From Takakia lepidozioides (lineage: Eukaryota > Plantae > Bryophyta), in contig CM060732.1 in assembly GCA_030704615.1 (NCBI GenBank), positions 7,006,001-7,070,000 on the forward strand: a stretch of DNA of 64,000 nt. The letters run 5' to 3'. Shown here piece after piece: positions 1-11,500 of the stretch. The notes below the pieces were generated by a model, which was not told the DNA's origin, made no database searches, and saw only the letters and a list, made by a program, of their open reading frames with translations. Made by a program: the position numbers and the translations under genes. The number at the start of each line of letters is the position of its first letter. The first letter of the stretch is position 1.

Positions 1-1654
1 TACCTTGGATGATGCAGAGACACAATTTGCATGTATATGGGCTTGGTGGACAACGTCAGGTGCTGTAAAGAAATCAGACGAGGGAGCAATGGTCAGTTGG
101 CTAACATGGTTGCATTATTGTTTCCTCCAATTCGGCGACTATATGCGGGAGGTGAGCTGGACGAATTTGCGTCCCGTTGAATATTATGCTAGTCATTATT
201 TGTAACTTGCTTGTAACCTCAGTATGTGCGTGTGCAGGAAATGTGTCTAGACTCCGACACCAACATGCCGACAACAAACATGGCCGAATCAGTACATTCT
301 TCCTGGCGTGCCTCCTCTGCGGCGCATCTGGTGGACATCCTCACTGCCACAACGGAGGACATTTTGAGGTCAATTATGCAGCAATGCAAGTACAACGAGT
401 TCTTGAAAGGGAAACAGTGGGGCTTGGGGCCGGACATGCATGAAATGCTGATGCGGACTGCCTCCAGATCGAAGAATCCTCGGAAGTGGGCGGCAGCCTT
501 GCGAGATGGCCTTTGAGACACGCCATTGCTTCGAAGAGGCCAACACTTGGAAGGAGATGTTCACACCCGTCCAGTGAGACGAAGACTTGACAAGGCACCT
601 AGCGGAGAAGAGGATTCATGGCGAGTTGACAAGAATATTCGCACGCTCCCTCGTGGTCCCGTGATGTTGCCCGAGGAGGTATCGTCGAACACCGCAAGTC
701 CTGCACGTTCAAGATCGCCATCTCTTTTGAGCACAGGGCACGTGCCCGAGGAACATAACGAGCCATCTGTAGTAACGCAATATAACATACCCATTGTGGA
801 GACAAGAGTGTCGGAGTCATAGTGGAGAATTGCAAGGACATTGCCGGCATTTTGAGGGAGTGCTGCGCCATCCGGGTGGATACGAGAGTACGCTGTGGTG
901 AGATGATTCGGAGGAACCCACACGGTGCTGTACCTGTACCTTGTTTCAGCGGCAGATTTTCGACTCCCAGATTTTCTCACGCCACAACGCAAATGTTTTC
1001 GTTCTGTAGGCACGACATAATGACTTGTGTATTTGACAAGCCCAAGTATGGGATTCAGGGAATGCCGGAGCCTCCGGACGTCTGGCCTGTTGCACTGGGT
1101 TGCAACCTCTCTCAGAATGAGGCGGATGCTCTTTCTGCAGCAGGATTTCGAATGGTGCAATGCACAGACGTCCCGGCCCACCCATTTCCAGTTCCTTAGA
1201 CCCAGCCATTGCAGACTGCTCGGTCCAGTAGAGACGGATTGGACAATTCTGCACATCCCACAATGCGATTCGGAAGAGTGAAGAGACGACACCCTCCCAA
1301 CAAGTTGAATGAGACTCGGATTGCCAATGCTCTTGGGATGCTTGCACTATTCAGAGCTCCGTGGACGTACCCGTACCCGGCCTTGGGCGTGTTTATCGGA
1401 TGGCAACGGCCGGCTCAGCTGTGCGCGACGACTTATACACAATTACAATCGGAGTGGAGCCGACTTGCAATTGTACGGACTTCTCGTTGATGGAAGCAAA
1501 GAAGGGGTCAAAGTATTATCCGTGCAAGCATCTGTATTACATTTACCTGAAGAGGTTGAGGATGAACTTGACTATTGATGACTTTGTTCATGCACTAGCA
1601 TTGAGCGTGAACGAGCTGCACAAACTCCTCCGTCGGGATTCCAGATATCATTGA
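1..1654 (+). pseudogene. Degenerate Mutator-like (MULE) transposase, C-terminal part with SWIM zinc finger
   Basis: MULE-like motif MPTTNMAESVHSSW (ORF 226-516); likely intron 152-237 (GTGAGC...GTGCAG); SWIM finger EPTCNCTDF...YPCKHLYY in ORF 1361-1654; in-frame stops at 514-516 and 1197-1199; frameshifts near 820 and 1355. Confidence 0.8.
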
Positions 1655-1934
1655 TGGGGCAAAGGGAATCCATCATATGGATATTTGCAATTGCATTTTT
1701 ATGCATTAGACTTTGTTTTGCAGTGTAATGAAATGCACCCCAAAACTCCAGGAATGAGACAGATAATATTAAAGTAATCTCTTTTAAACACTATGGACTT
1801 CTGGATATCCGTTGACGTCCAGTGGCAATTCAATGTCGAAACAGAATCCATAATAAGATGGCGGTAGGAAAAATTTGCAGATCTTCCAGAAAACTGAGTT
1901 CTAACAGTAGCAGTTGTGGAGGCCATTTTCTAGA

Positions 1935-2251
1935 AAAATGGCGCCGAATTTCCCTATTTTGGGCCAAAAACTGGCTAAGTCCCAATATGTACGGGAACGA
2001 TGTCTGGAAAAATGGCGCCGAATTTCCAGTTACATGGCCCAGAACTGCCCAACATCTGTACAATCCCCGGCACCATGTACCGAAATTCGGCGCCACATTT
2101 CCAAATTTTGGGCTTACACACCTGCCATGTTGGGACCTATATAGCCACGAAATTCGGCACCATTTTTCGCCGGAGGTACCTATTACTGCGAAATACGTCG
2201 CAGATTTATCCGGTTGCGGAACCTATTATCGCGAAATTCGGCGCCATTTTT
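1935..2251. repeat. Subterminal repeat array (AAAAATGGCGCCGAATTTC, 2 forward and 3 reverse copies) downstream of the MULE remnant
   Basis: Copies at about 1935, 2008 (+) and 2082, 2149, 2233 (-). Confidence 0.8.
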
Positions 2252-2489
2252 GCAGATGTCGCTCGGAATTTGCATGAGCGGAAGACGAAATATCATGAGC
2301 ATGGCTCCCAAAACTACAGTTTCAGCTTCAAACAATGAATATTATATTAGTTTTGTTCTGACACATTCCATTAAAATAATATTTTTAATATTTTTTATTT
2401 CCAGAATTTGTACTTCTGCTCATGAAAACTGATTGTCTTACTACTCCGCTCATGGCGCTCATGCTCATGAAATAGCTAACCTCGCCCCA

Positions 2490-4180
2490 AAGGCCACAGC
2501 CTCTCACAGCCCGTCACAGCCCCATCCAGGCCGCTCATTGCAGTTTAGCCATTTCTCTAAGGGGTTTAGCCATGCCAAGCTAGGGTTTGTGTCTCTTGAA
2601 CCTTGAGCTCTCTTGCAACGAGCTATGGTAGCTGTGAAGAAGTCAGCAAGGTATTCTTGCTTTCTTTGGCTCCGACACATCATCAATAATAGCTCTAAGT
2701 CATGAGGAAGATGCTTGGCACAATCCAAGCCCTCTTTCTCACTTAAACTCCCTCAAACACGCCATTCAAGACCGTGACAAGCAACCATGCCTTGCTGGTT
2801 TCCAGCCCTTGTAAGCACTACTTCATGTGCTCTCCTTGGCCATAACATGTATCTTAGAGCCTATTCCAGCCCCCTACACCTGTCGCTTCAAGAGCCATGC
2901 TCTATTTAGGCTTTGTAGTTGAAACCCCAACTCAAAATACGCTCTACAAGTACCGAACTGTCACCTAAGAGCAAATCAGCCCCTTACCTTCCCTTCTAGC
3001 TCTCCATAGCTTAAAGATGGCGGCTTAACTAGGCTGAATGCATGCTCCACACATGCACTACTCCCACATAAGAGAAATCAGCTCCTTTGCTTCCTTTCTT
3101 GCATCCTGCACAAACTTGAAAATACAAGCTTCAGCGGGCTGAAAGCATGCTCCACACATGCCCTAAAGGGAAACCAGGCCCTTCTTTCCTTTCTTGCACT
3201 CCCAAACCTGAAAGTACAAGCCTTCAATGGGCTGAAAGCATGCTCCACACATGCATTGCCCTCACATAAGAGAAATCATCCTTTCCCTCTTCCTTGCTTG
3301 CCCTCTAAGCTTGAAGATGGAAGCTTCAATGGGCTGAATGCATGCTCCACACATGCAACCCCTTCACACAAGAGGTATCAGCCCCCTATCTTGGCTGAAT
3401 GCATGCTCCACACATGCATCCCCTTCACACAAGAGGTCATATCAGCCCCCTATCTTGGCTCATTGGCTCCTTGATGCTCTCTAAAACAAGACTAAGCACT
3501 CCACAACCTTTGCCAAGCTCCTGAAACCCTAAGGCTTATATTTCCAGCCACAAGACACTTCTCTTGTTATACAAGAGCTTTTCTTCCAAGCTCTGAAACC
3601 CTAGGTGCATATTCCATGGCCTTGCCGCACCTCTTAGCTCCTGTTCCAGCCCTGCTCTTGCCATGGCAAGAGCCCTCTCAATGCTGAAGCTCGAGATTGA
3701 AACCCAATCTCAACATACTCCACAAAGTGCACTGATTTGCCCCAAGCCAAATTAGCCCTTTCGCTTGGTCTTGCAATCCTTCACACAATGAAAGCTCGCA
3801 TTCCCAAGGCCAGTTCTCAGCTTTGCCACCAAAGCCACTATAACCTGCTCTCGACTGATCCTCTTCCCAATCGTGCTTGCTCATGCATGTACACAATCTG
3901 AAACCATGAAGGTGCTCTGGAATTACCTGCAGCATGGTGCTTTCATCTCTGAAGCTGAAGATCGAATGCCAAGGTCTATCACCTTGTAACCCACATCGCC
4001 TCCGCTCCTAACAACCAAGAGCTCTACGGTGCTCCTTGCATAACAACCTGGTTTCTCTCATTTTCAAGCAAAAACCACAAGTGCTATAACTAACTCGAAC
4101 CTGACACTCACAGACTCGAGCTCATTTTTCTCGAGTGATAAAGAAAAAGAATACAAGCACAAGCTCATGCGAGCTCACAA
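2490..4180 (-). mobile_element. Fragment of the LTR of the Ty3/gypsy family at 43755-49273, inverted
   Basis: Reverse complement is colinear with about 44037-45620; the peptide MLQVIPEHL..RLCTCMSKHDWEEDQSRAGYSG appears in ORFs 3678-3935(-) and 44277-44459(+); ends in GGCTGTGAC repeats. Confidence 0.85.
3032..3420 (+). repeat. Degenerate tandem repeat within the LTR, about 60-105 bp spacing, core GGCTGAAWGCATGCTCCACACATGC x5
   Basis: Cores at about 3032, 3138, 3230, 3332, 3393; counterparts at about 44780-45110 in the other LTR copy. Confidence 0.85.
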
Positions 4181-5289
4181 AGCACATTTACCCAAAAGAG
4201 GGAAGTTCGTCCCCAGCAACCATCTCTATTACATTTTTCTGCATAAGATGTTTTGTGACCCAAAAAAAGACAATTTCTTTTCCTAGGCCATGTTTGGTTT
4301 TAGCGAAGTTGATATCCTTTTGCAGTGGAACAACTCACAAACACGTTGAATTTGCCTATGTAGTATTCGGGAGCATGTCCCTACAGCTTTTGGAGATTGC
4401 AAGTCATGGGTATTGAGTGCAACTTTGAATATTTTAATACATTTTTCATCCAAACTTTTGTGGATGACTTCAACTTCAATCTAATTTGCGCGTCGCTTGT
4501 TCACCATTTCAAGTTATTGCATGTTCTAGTTCTGCCTTGCTTGTATGTCCAATTTGTCCATCCACATCTTATGGAACCCATTGCTACCCTATGGGCTATT
4601 TGTTTCTACTCATTATGTTTTTCCACGGTGACAAGCCCTCCTATTTTTGTCCTTGACTATAGGGTCTGCTTCTCTTGCTGCACCGCCTTGCGCTCACGCT
4701 TAGTGGGTAAAGCGTGAGCCCGGCTCACGGGGCTAGGCTAACGCCGTAGCTACGCTGCATAATTTGCTGTCATGAATACCTTGTCTATTTAACTTGTTCT
4801 TGCTAGTTGGTGGGGAGATTGCATCATTCTCAATATTTTCCTCCAATGCATCATAATCGTTGTAGGGGTCAAATTGTATGCCTGTAAATTGGGAGTTGGG
4901 GTCCAAACTTTTATTATCCAACGCAGCGTGGTCATCAACCATGATCTAATGTTTCTTGGTCACCTTATGGAGGAATTTGCCAGGGGATCCGGTATGACCT
5001 AAAGTTGGTTTGGAAACTGTAGTAGTTGGTGTGGAGTGTGAATTCACATCATCTTCTATTTTTGGCATTGAGCAATGTTGCCACTTACAAGATCGAGGGT
5101 CATTTTTTATCCTTCTTTGCCATGGCCATGTCGATGCTCACAATAGGTGGGCTAATCATTGAGGACATTGTATATGGATTATTGAAAAACGAAATTGAAA
5201 TGCGGGTTGGATTTGTCCCAATCCACACCCAAGCATCAATCGTGTGAGAAGGTGGATAAGGTGTAACAACTATATGGATACAACACATG

Positions 5290-5560
5290 TACTGGAGACC
5301 CTAAAAGTGATCCTTGGAACAGCGATGAAATCCAAAGGAGGTTCATGGATCAACATAGACTTCGCATTGAACGTGGAAGAGCATGAGACAGACAAAGTAG
5401 TTGACATGGACACTCAATGGACACAATACATGTATTGGACTCTGGGGCTTGAAATGATAATCCTTAGAGCACCGATGAAGTGCAAGGGAGGTTCATGGAT
5501 CCACATGGACTTAGTACTGAACATGGAAGAATATGGGATATACTAAGCAGTTGACATGGA
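5290..5560 (+). repeat. Degenerate tandem duplication, about 150-bp unit
   Basis: GATCCTTGGAACAGCGATGAAATCCAAAGGAGGTTCATGGATC vs AATCCTTAGAGCACCGATGAAGTGCAAGGGAGGTTCATGGATC. Confidence 0.7.
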
Positions 5561-6052
5561 GAAACAAAGAGTAATGAGAGAAGTGTTGGAATCATGGACG
5601 CACAATGGACTTGTGAGGAATATAATTGTATATGAGTGGAAGCTAAAGGAGCACAAAGCCTGAGCTACGAGATGTTGAAGTCAGGGACACACAACAGACT
5701 TCAATGGGAATATAATTAGTTAACTTGAGTCCACATTGAAGACTCTGGAGAAACTAACAAATTGCAGAGAAGATAGACTGAGATGAATAATTAAAATATG
5801 GCTTGCCTTTGAATTGCTTGCTGTGGATGTCAAACTTGTTGAATGCTTCAGAATGCTTGTTTCCTCTTCCCCATTGGTATATCAAACTCCTATCAATCAA
5901 TACTCCAATAGAGGTATCATATCATACAATTGATGATTATGTTTCATGTATATGCCCGAATGTACATACATACATACATACATATATGCATGCATATATA
6001 CATATTCAACAAAACTTTGGAAATGAACAATAGATTGTTAGGAAGTAGGTTG

Positions 6053-6195
6053 TTCCAAACAACTATGTTGTTAACAACCTAGTCATAGTTGTTTGGAAAA
6101 TAAAGCATCTTTCAAACAGTATTGACAATTTCTTTTAGTTGAAGTTGTGGTCAATCAGTACACACTGTTAGGAAAAATTTGACCACAACTTCAAC
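6053..6195. repeat. Two adjacent perfect inverted repeats (15-bp and 17-bp stems)
   Basis: TTCCAAACAACTATG/CATAGTTGTTTGGAA (6053-6098); GTTGAAGTTGTGGTCAA/TTGACCACAACTTCAAC (6138-6195). Confidence 0.85.
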
Positions 6196-6477
6196 CCTAA
6201 CAACGTCAACTTAGTTTGGTGTTGTTAAGGTCGAATCAGGGCTTGTTAGAGCATGTTTCCACGTAGACCTGACCCTGTCCAATGACGTTATCGATTGGGT
6301 TTGATTAGTTGACTTGGGGTCGGCCCGTCCATGTAAGCACCCCAACTCCCAAGAGAAACCGGTGCTTACAAGACGCTTCAATCAAGGAGGGAGAGTTAAG
6401 AAAAAAACCTGCTCAGCAAGTCTTCCCAAAAATCAACTCTAAACAACACGTAAAAATCAAAGATCGGGACCAGATCT

Positions 6478-6669
6478 CCTAACTTCCCACTTTTCCCCAA
6501 GAGGCAAGAGGTCGGACCCGAGATACGTTTGGGATCGAGTTGCACATAGAAGGGACCCACTAAGCTTCACCTAACTTCCCACTTTTCCCCGGGAGGCAAG
6601 AGGCAAGAGGTCGGACCGAGATAGGGTTCGGGATCGAGTTGAACATAGAAGGGACCCACTAAGCTTCAC
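6478..6669 (+). repeat. Two-copy tandem repeat, about 95-bp unit
   Basis: CCTAACTTCCCACTTTTCCCC...GGGATCGAGTTG.ACATAGAAGGGACCCACTAAGCTTCAC occurs twice. Confidence 0.85.
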
Positions 6670-8537
6670 AACCCGACCTTGACGCCATCTGGAAGGAGGC
6701 TCTTAGGGTCAAATCAGTTTGTTAATGGCTGGCACAAGGACAGGGTTTGTGGTCAATCAGTATTCCATAACCACCACCCCGCTCCATTCCAAATCCGTAA
6801 ACGTTTACTCTTCACCCTGGGTCAACCCCCCTGTTGTGAAGGAAGCCAAGTGACTGCCACTAACCAAAGCACATGAATCAATGGCCCAGATCAAGCTACA
6901 TAGCAAGGTTGAGGTATGATTCAAATCCCCTCCGTGCATCTCCAACGGCTATGCCATGTACGCCACCATTTAACAACTACAACAACTACACAATGATTTA
7001 ATAACTACAGAATGAAAGACATGAAAAAGGAGAATTAGGTGGCAGGAGAATCCACAGCTTCCTAAGCAACGTCGTGACCTAGAGAGCCTTACTATGGACC
7101 ATGCCTACGTCGATTGTGGTGGTGTCGGACCAAGCATGAGCACTCATCTGCACACAAAATTTGTATTGTTGGCACATGGATACCCAAATGTGCACTAAGA
7201 CTTCCGAGAACATAAAGCACCCAGCTTTCCTAAACCTTTAGATGATAGAACGAACTATCAAGATTGGCTGCAAGAGTCCATCCTTCTTCAGAAAGTTAAT
7301 ACATAATCACCTCTCACCTGGGAAGTAAAATTAGACCAGCATGACAAAATATGTCGATTTCAAAAACCAGTTCCATGCCACTCTGCAGCATCCATTGGCT
7401 TTGGACATGCATGCAAGCTCAGAAGCTATCTTTGGGCATAATTCCCAACATCCTATCAACTCTCTGCTAAGCAGGCCTATTACAATGTACTTTAACTACT
7501 AAGGATCACGTTGTGCATAATATGGAATCAGCATGGATACATCGGACAAACGCACATCATATACCCATACCCCCAATGAATCCAGCACAACAAATAGAAA
7601 TGCAAATGTGATTGCCGGCCAATAGTGTGCCCCAAACGTTAACCGTTAACTGCCCGTGTCCAAGTCATTCACTGTTCGGCCAGTCACACCATAAAACTGC
7701 AGGAAAAGAGGCCACCGATTGTTGTGTACGTAGGAGACATGCACAAGGCAAAAAATAGGCCCCCTGACATTTCCTGTTCTGGATGATTTGGTCAGGTTTT
7801 GTTGACCATGCATCACTAATGAAAGCATAGCCACACTAACCAGAAAGAGAAAATACAACATCAGTAGAAATATGAATATGGACAACAGGAAAATTGCTCA
7901 AAGATTCCGTTACACTAAACCAGAGAATTAAAAGAAAGAAAAAGTGAAAATTTTGTCCATGGGAACTCTTTGATTCTGATGAAGAAAGGCAACAAGGAAA
8001 GAAAGTCTATACAATCCACATAAGTGAAGAGCAGACTGGCAGCCAACCTCAGCATCTACATGTACCACAGTATTGGCCTTGAAGATCAGAGAAGACATGT
8101 ACAGAGGCAGCAGAGAAAAAGCTCTGCATTCAGTCAAAAGATCTCACAATCATCATAACTGGGTTCTTTGGACAGCAACAAAGCTGGTGACCAACTAGGT
8201 AGGCAGTGATCCAGGTCAATCACAGTATTTGACAAGCAATCCATGATACAAGCAATCTGTGTTTCTGACATCAAACCAACCAACCAACCTACCTACCTAC
8301 CTGGTGACCTAGATTACACAAAACTTCAAATTCAAGGCCAGCAACTTACAAGCTGGTAGATGACGACTGATCAGTGCAACATAAACCTTCCTCGCCAGGT
8401 CATCACTTGGTGACCGCCTGTTCATCAATTGCGATCCCACACTGATTTGACCAATCTTCCTCTGAACAAGAACTATACAAGACTCGCATGAAGTATCACC
8501 ATACCTTGCAATTCCAGGTTCAAAATCTGCTGGGGTG

Positions 8538-11500
8538 TTAGGAAATTACTTCTGCATCCTTAGGCACTGTTGCACCATCAACTTGCCGTAATTGTGCTAT
8601 TTCCATGCTTGTGTTGGGAATATCCTCATCAAGCTCGTCAAACTCCCACCCTTCTGTTTCTTGGGGAGTGCTGCTACCTGCTGTTTCTTCCAGTACTGCA
8701 TTCGCACCTTCTTTCTCCGAATCTGCAATTGATTTTGAAACCCCACCTACAACGTAAGGATCATTGTATTGTCTTACATCACTAACCAATGGTGGCTTGA
8801 CTGAAGCTGAAGGTGGGGCCAGTGCTGCCTCTCCAGAAGGCAGACTTCTCCCCAGTCTCGTCCAACCATGCTGCTCCATCTCCATTGGGGGCTTTTGCCT
8901 CGCCTCAAAGTCACTCCACAATTTCTCCACTTTCGCAAATATACTGTTGAGCTTATTAGTTGTTTCATCTATCTCCCTGCAACGCAACCCACAATTCATG
9001 GTCATAACAAAAAGGGGAAAGCAAGGAGTGAAGTTTGAAGAAACCCCCTATCTGTTTTCAAATGCAAAGGCAATACTAACGCACCCATCCTTGCCAAGTT
9101 GGTGGTGCGTTTGCACGTCATCTTTCAACTTGTTGATTGCCTTCAGTGCACGATCCACCTGGACCACACACACACGGTTCACAGGTTGACAAAGCATGAG
9201 ACCTGGGACACTCATGAACAATTGACATGCAGCTGACTTAGAATCCAGTTTATATATCCTGTGACCTCACCATCTACATTCCACTGAGACAGAAGCAGGG
9301 TGGTAAGAAAGGGACCGGTCTTGCCTATGATAGACATGTACTGAAGGAAGGGGAGTAAGAAACCTGTTCCTTGGCCTCCAAATACTTGTCCTGAATCTTG
9401 CGCTTGGCACTGACAATGTCAGCAATCACACCTTCCATCCCCAACTCCTGCATGTTCTCTCTGCAGTATTCGAAGAGGAAAGCTGATAAGCAAACATAGC
9501 ACATTTTCTAACGCGTCGGCATGGAACAAATTGATTTTAATCCTCTTTCATAATAACGCCTCCATGTACACTTTCTTGGAAGTGGCTAGATATGGAGGAA
9601 CGTCACTACCATTTGAGCTGACGTTAAACTCATCTTTCAATTTCTGAAAGTAGAGTTTTATTTGTCTTCAATTGTAGAGTTTGAAGCAAGCACCCAATTC
9701 AACATCCCCAAAGTCCAGATAGGTGTCACAAGGTCTAGTATATCAACGTACTGTTTGTGTTGCAGCGCTTCTAGTTCGTCCCCGCAGAACTTCAATCTTT
9801 TGAGGAAAAAGTTGAGCTCCTCCTACAACCAGCCCATCGGCCCTTTCTTACCTCTCATTATTACTTTTCTACAGTACTGCACACAAGTACCTCCTGGCAA
9901 TCCAAGGGTCTCTCACAGCAGCAGCTCACTACACTGTCTGGGAAAATACATGCAGATCCATAGATTTAACAGAACGGCTGAACACTTAAAGTGCAGAAAC
10001 AAGAGCGGAGAAACAAACCTCACGACATAATAAGTTGGATTCCGTCAACTGCAGGTATAGCTTCTTCGAGTCCTCATAAGCAGCCCTTTGGATTCACAAG
10101 GAAACAGCCAATCTGTAACATAGGGTGGAGAAAAGGAGAATAGTGCCACCAAGTCCAGAATAAGCAGGTACTATATGCTTCACCACAGCACCTAAGCTGG
10201 TGTCAGTAGGGGCGGAATAGTCCAATAACCTCCCTCCTTTCTATGTCTAGAGCACCAAAAGGACATTCAGAATGATGCTGAAGACTCCACACAAGTTAAA
10301 TTGATGTATGCATGATAAAATAAAGGGCAAAGAACAGAACTTGGTAAACGCCTTATGAACACATTATGATCGCCATCGTGCAGTACATGATCATCCAGAA
10401 GCAGACATGTACGTACTTGGTATCCTCGTCCCTTTCTTGACTACAATTAGACTGCAGGAGCCAGGTATCTTCCAGGAAGCTGAGCCATGTGCCCACTACA
10501 CTTGCTTCTGCCTTCTGTGCAGCCACAGCATGTGTGAGCTCTTCTTCCTGTGTTACATGCAACCACCATCCGTCTCTTTGTCACCATGAGGCAGTAAGCT
10601 GTATAGTTCAAAAGAAAAAACACAAGCTCAGCAGCTCATATTTTCCTTCTATCCCTCCCCACATAATTGAAGTCTTCGAACTTCATCCATAACTGCGAAA
10701 GACTCGAAGGTGGAAAATGGCACAGGGAAGCACACCTTGGCCGAGAGATGGGCAACAAGATGACTGCTGGCTTCATCAAACTGCTCTTTCTCTTCTTGTG
10801 TGTTGATGTGTCGTGCTGTTGCTGCTGCTAAAGCTGTCTTGACCTGTCAACCCGCAATCCCAGTACACTTCAGCATGCGCAGCAGGAAGCAATCAGAAAT
10901 AGATTGTACTCATAAGACGTTGTTTGCCGTAGCCTTGTGGCCATTGACCCCGCGCCCAGTTTGAGCGGGAACAAAAGGGACAGAACCTACCTCTGTCAGG
11001 GGCTGACGTTGGTAGTAAGACTTACCTCCATATAAAGAATTAATCCGGGTTTTCCAGATATCCTCTAGAAATCCCTTCACACAAGCATCAATCTGCTGTG
11101 TGTGATTTGCCCAAAAACTAGGCCTCAGGAGGGCCTGGGCAATCAGAAATAGAGAACCCACTACAATGAGATGGACAGCAAGAACCCCAGTAAGAGCAAG
11201 TGAAAGAGAGCAGAACACAGAAGAATGTAAGACGTTCGTTGCCGTAGCCTTGTGGCCATAGACCCCATGCCCGGTTTGGGCGGAACATAACATGAAAGAG
11301 AACAGAGGAAAGAAATTTATCATGTCTGCAGGAGGCCCAATGGGCTCATTGGACAGTAGAACACACAGGAATCAAGAACAAAAAAAAACCTCAAACATTG
11401 CCAAAGGCAGAGAGAGAACGAAGAAAAATAGAAAGAAAATTGTCAGGTCTCCAGGAGGCTCAAAAGGGCCTTTAGGACACAGTAAACCAAGAAAAGAAAC

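Noticed and set aside
561-1292. 243-aa minus-strand ORF
   Set aside because: Antisense shadow of the MULE transposase remnant.
1822-2338. 151-aa and 112-aa ORFs
   Set aside because: They translate the subterminal repeat array.
3032-3420. Regularly spaced repeats of about 25 bp resembling a CRISPR array
   Set aside because: The spacers are homologous to each other, the array lies in an LTR of a eukaryotic genome, and there are no cas genes.
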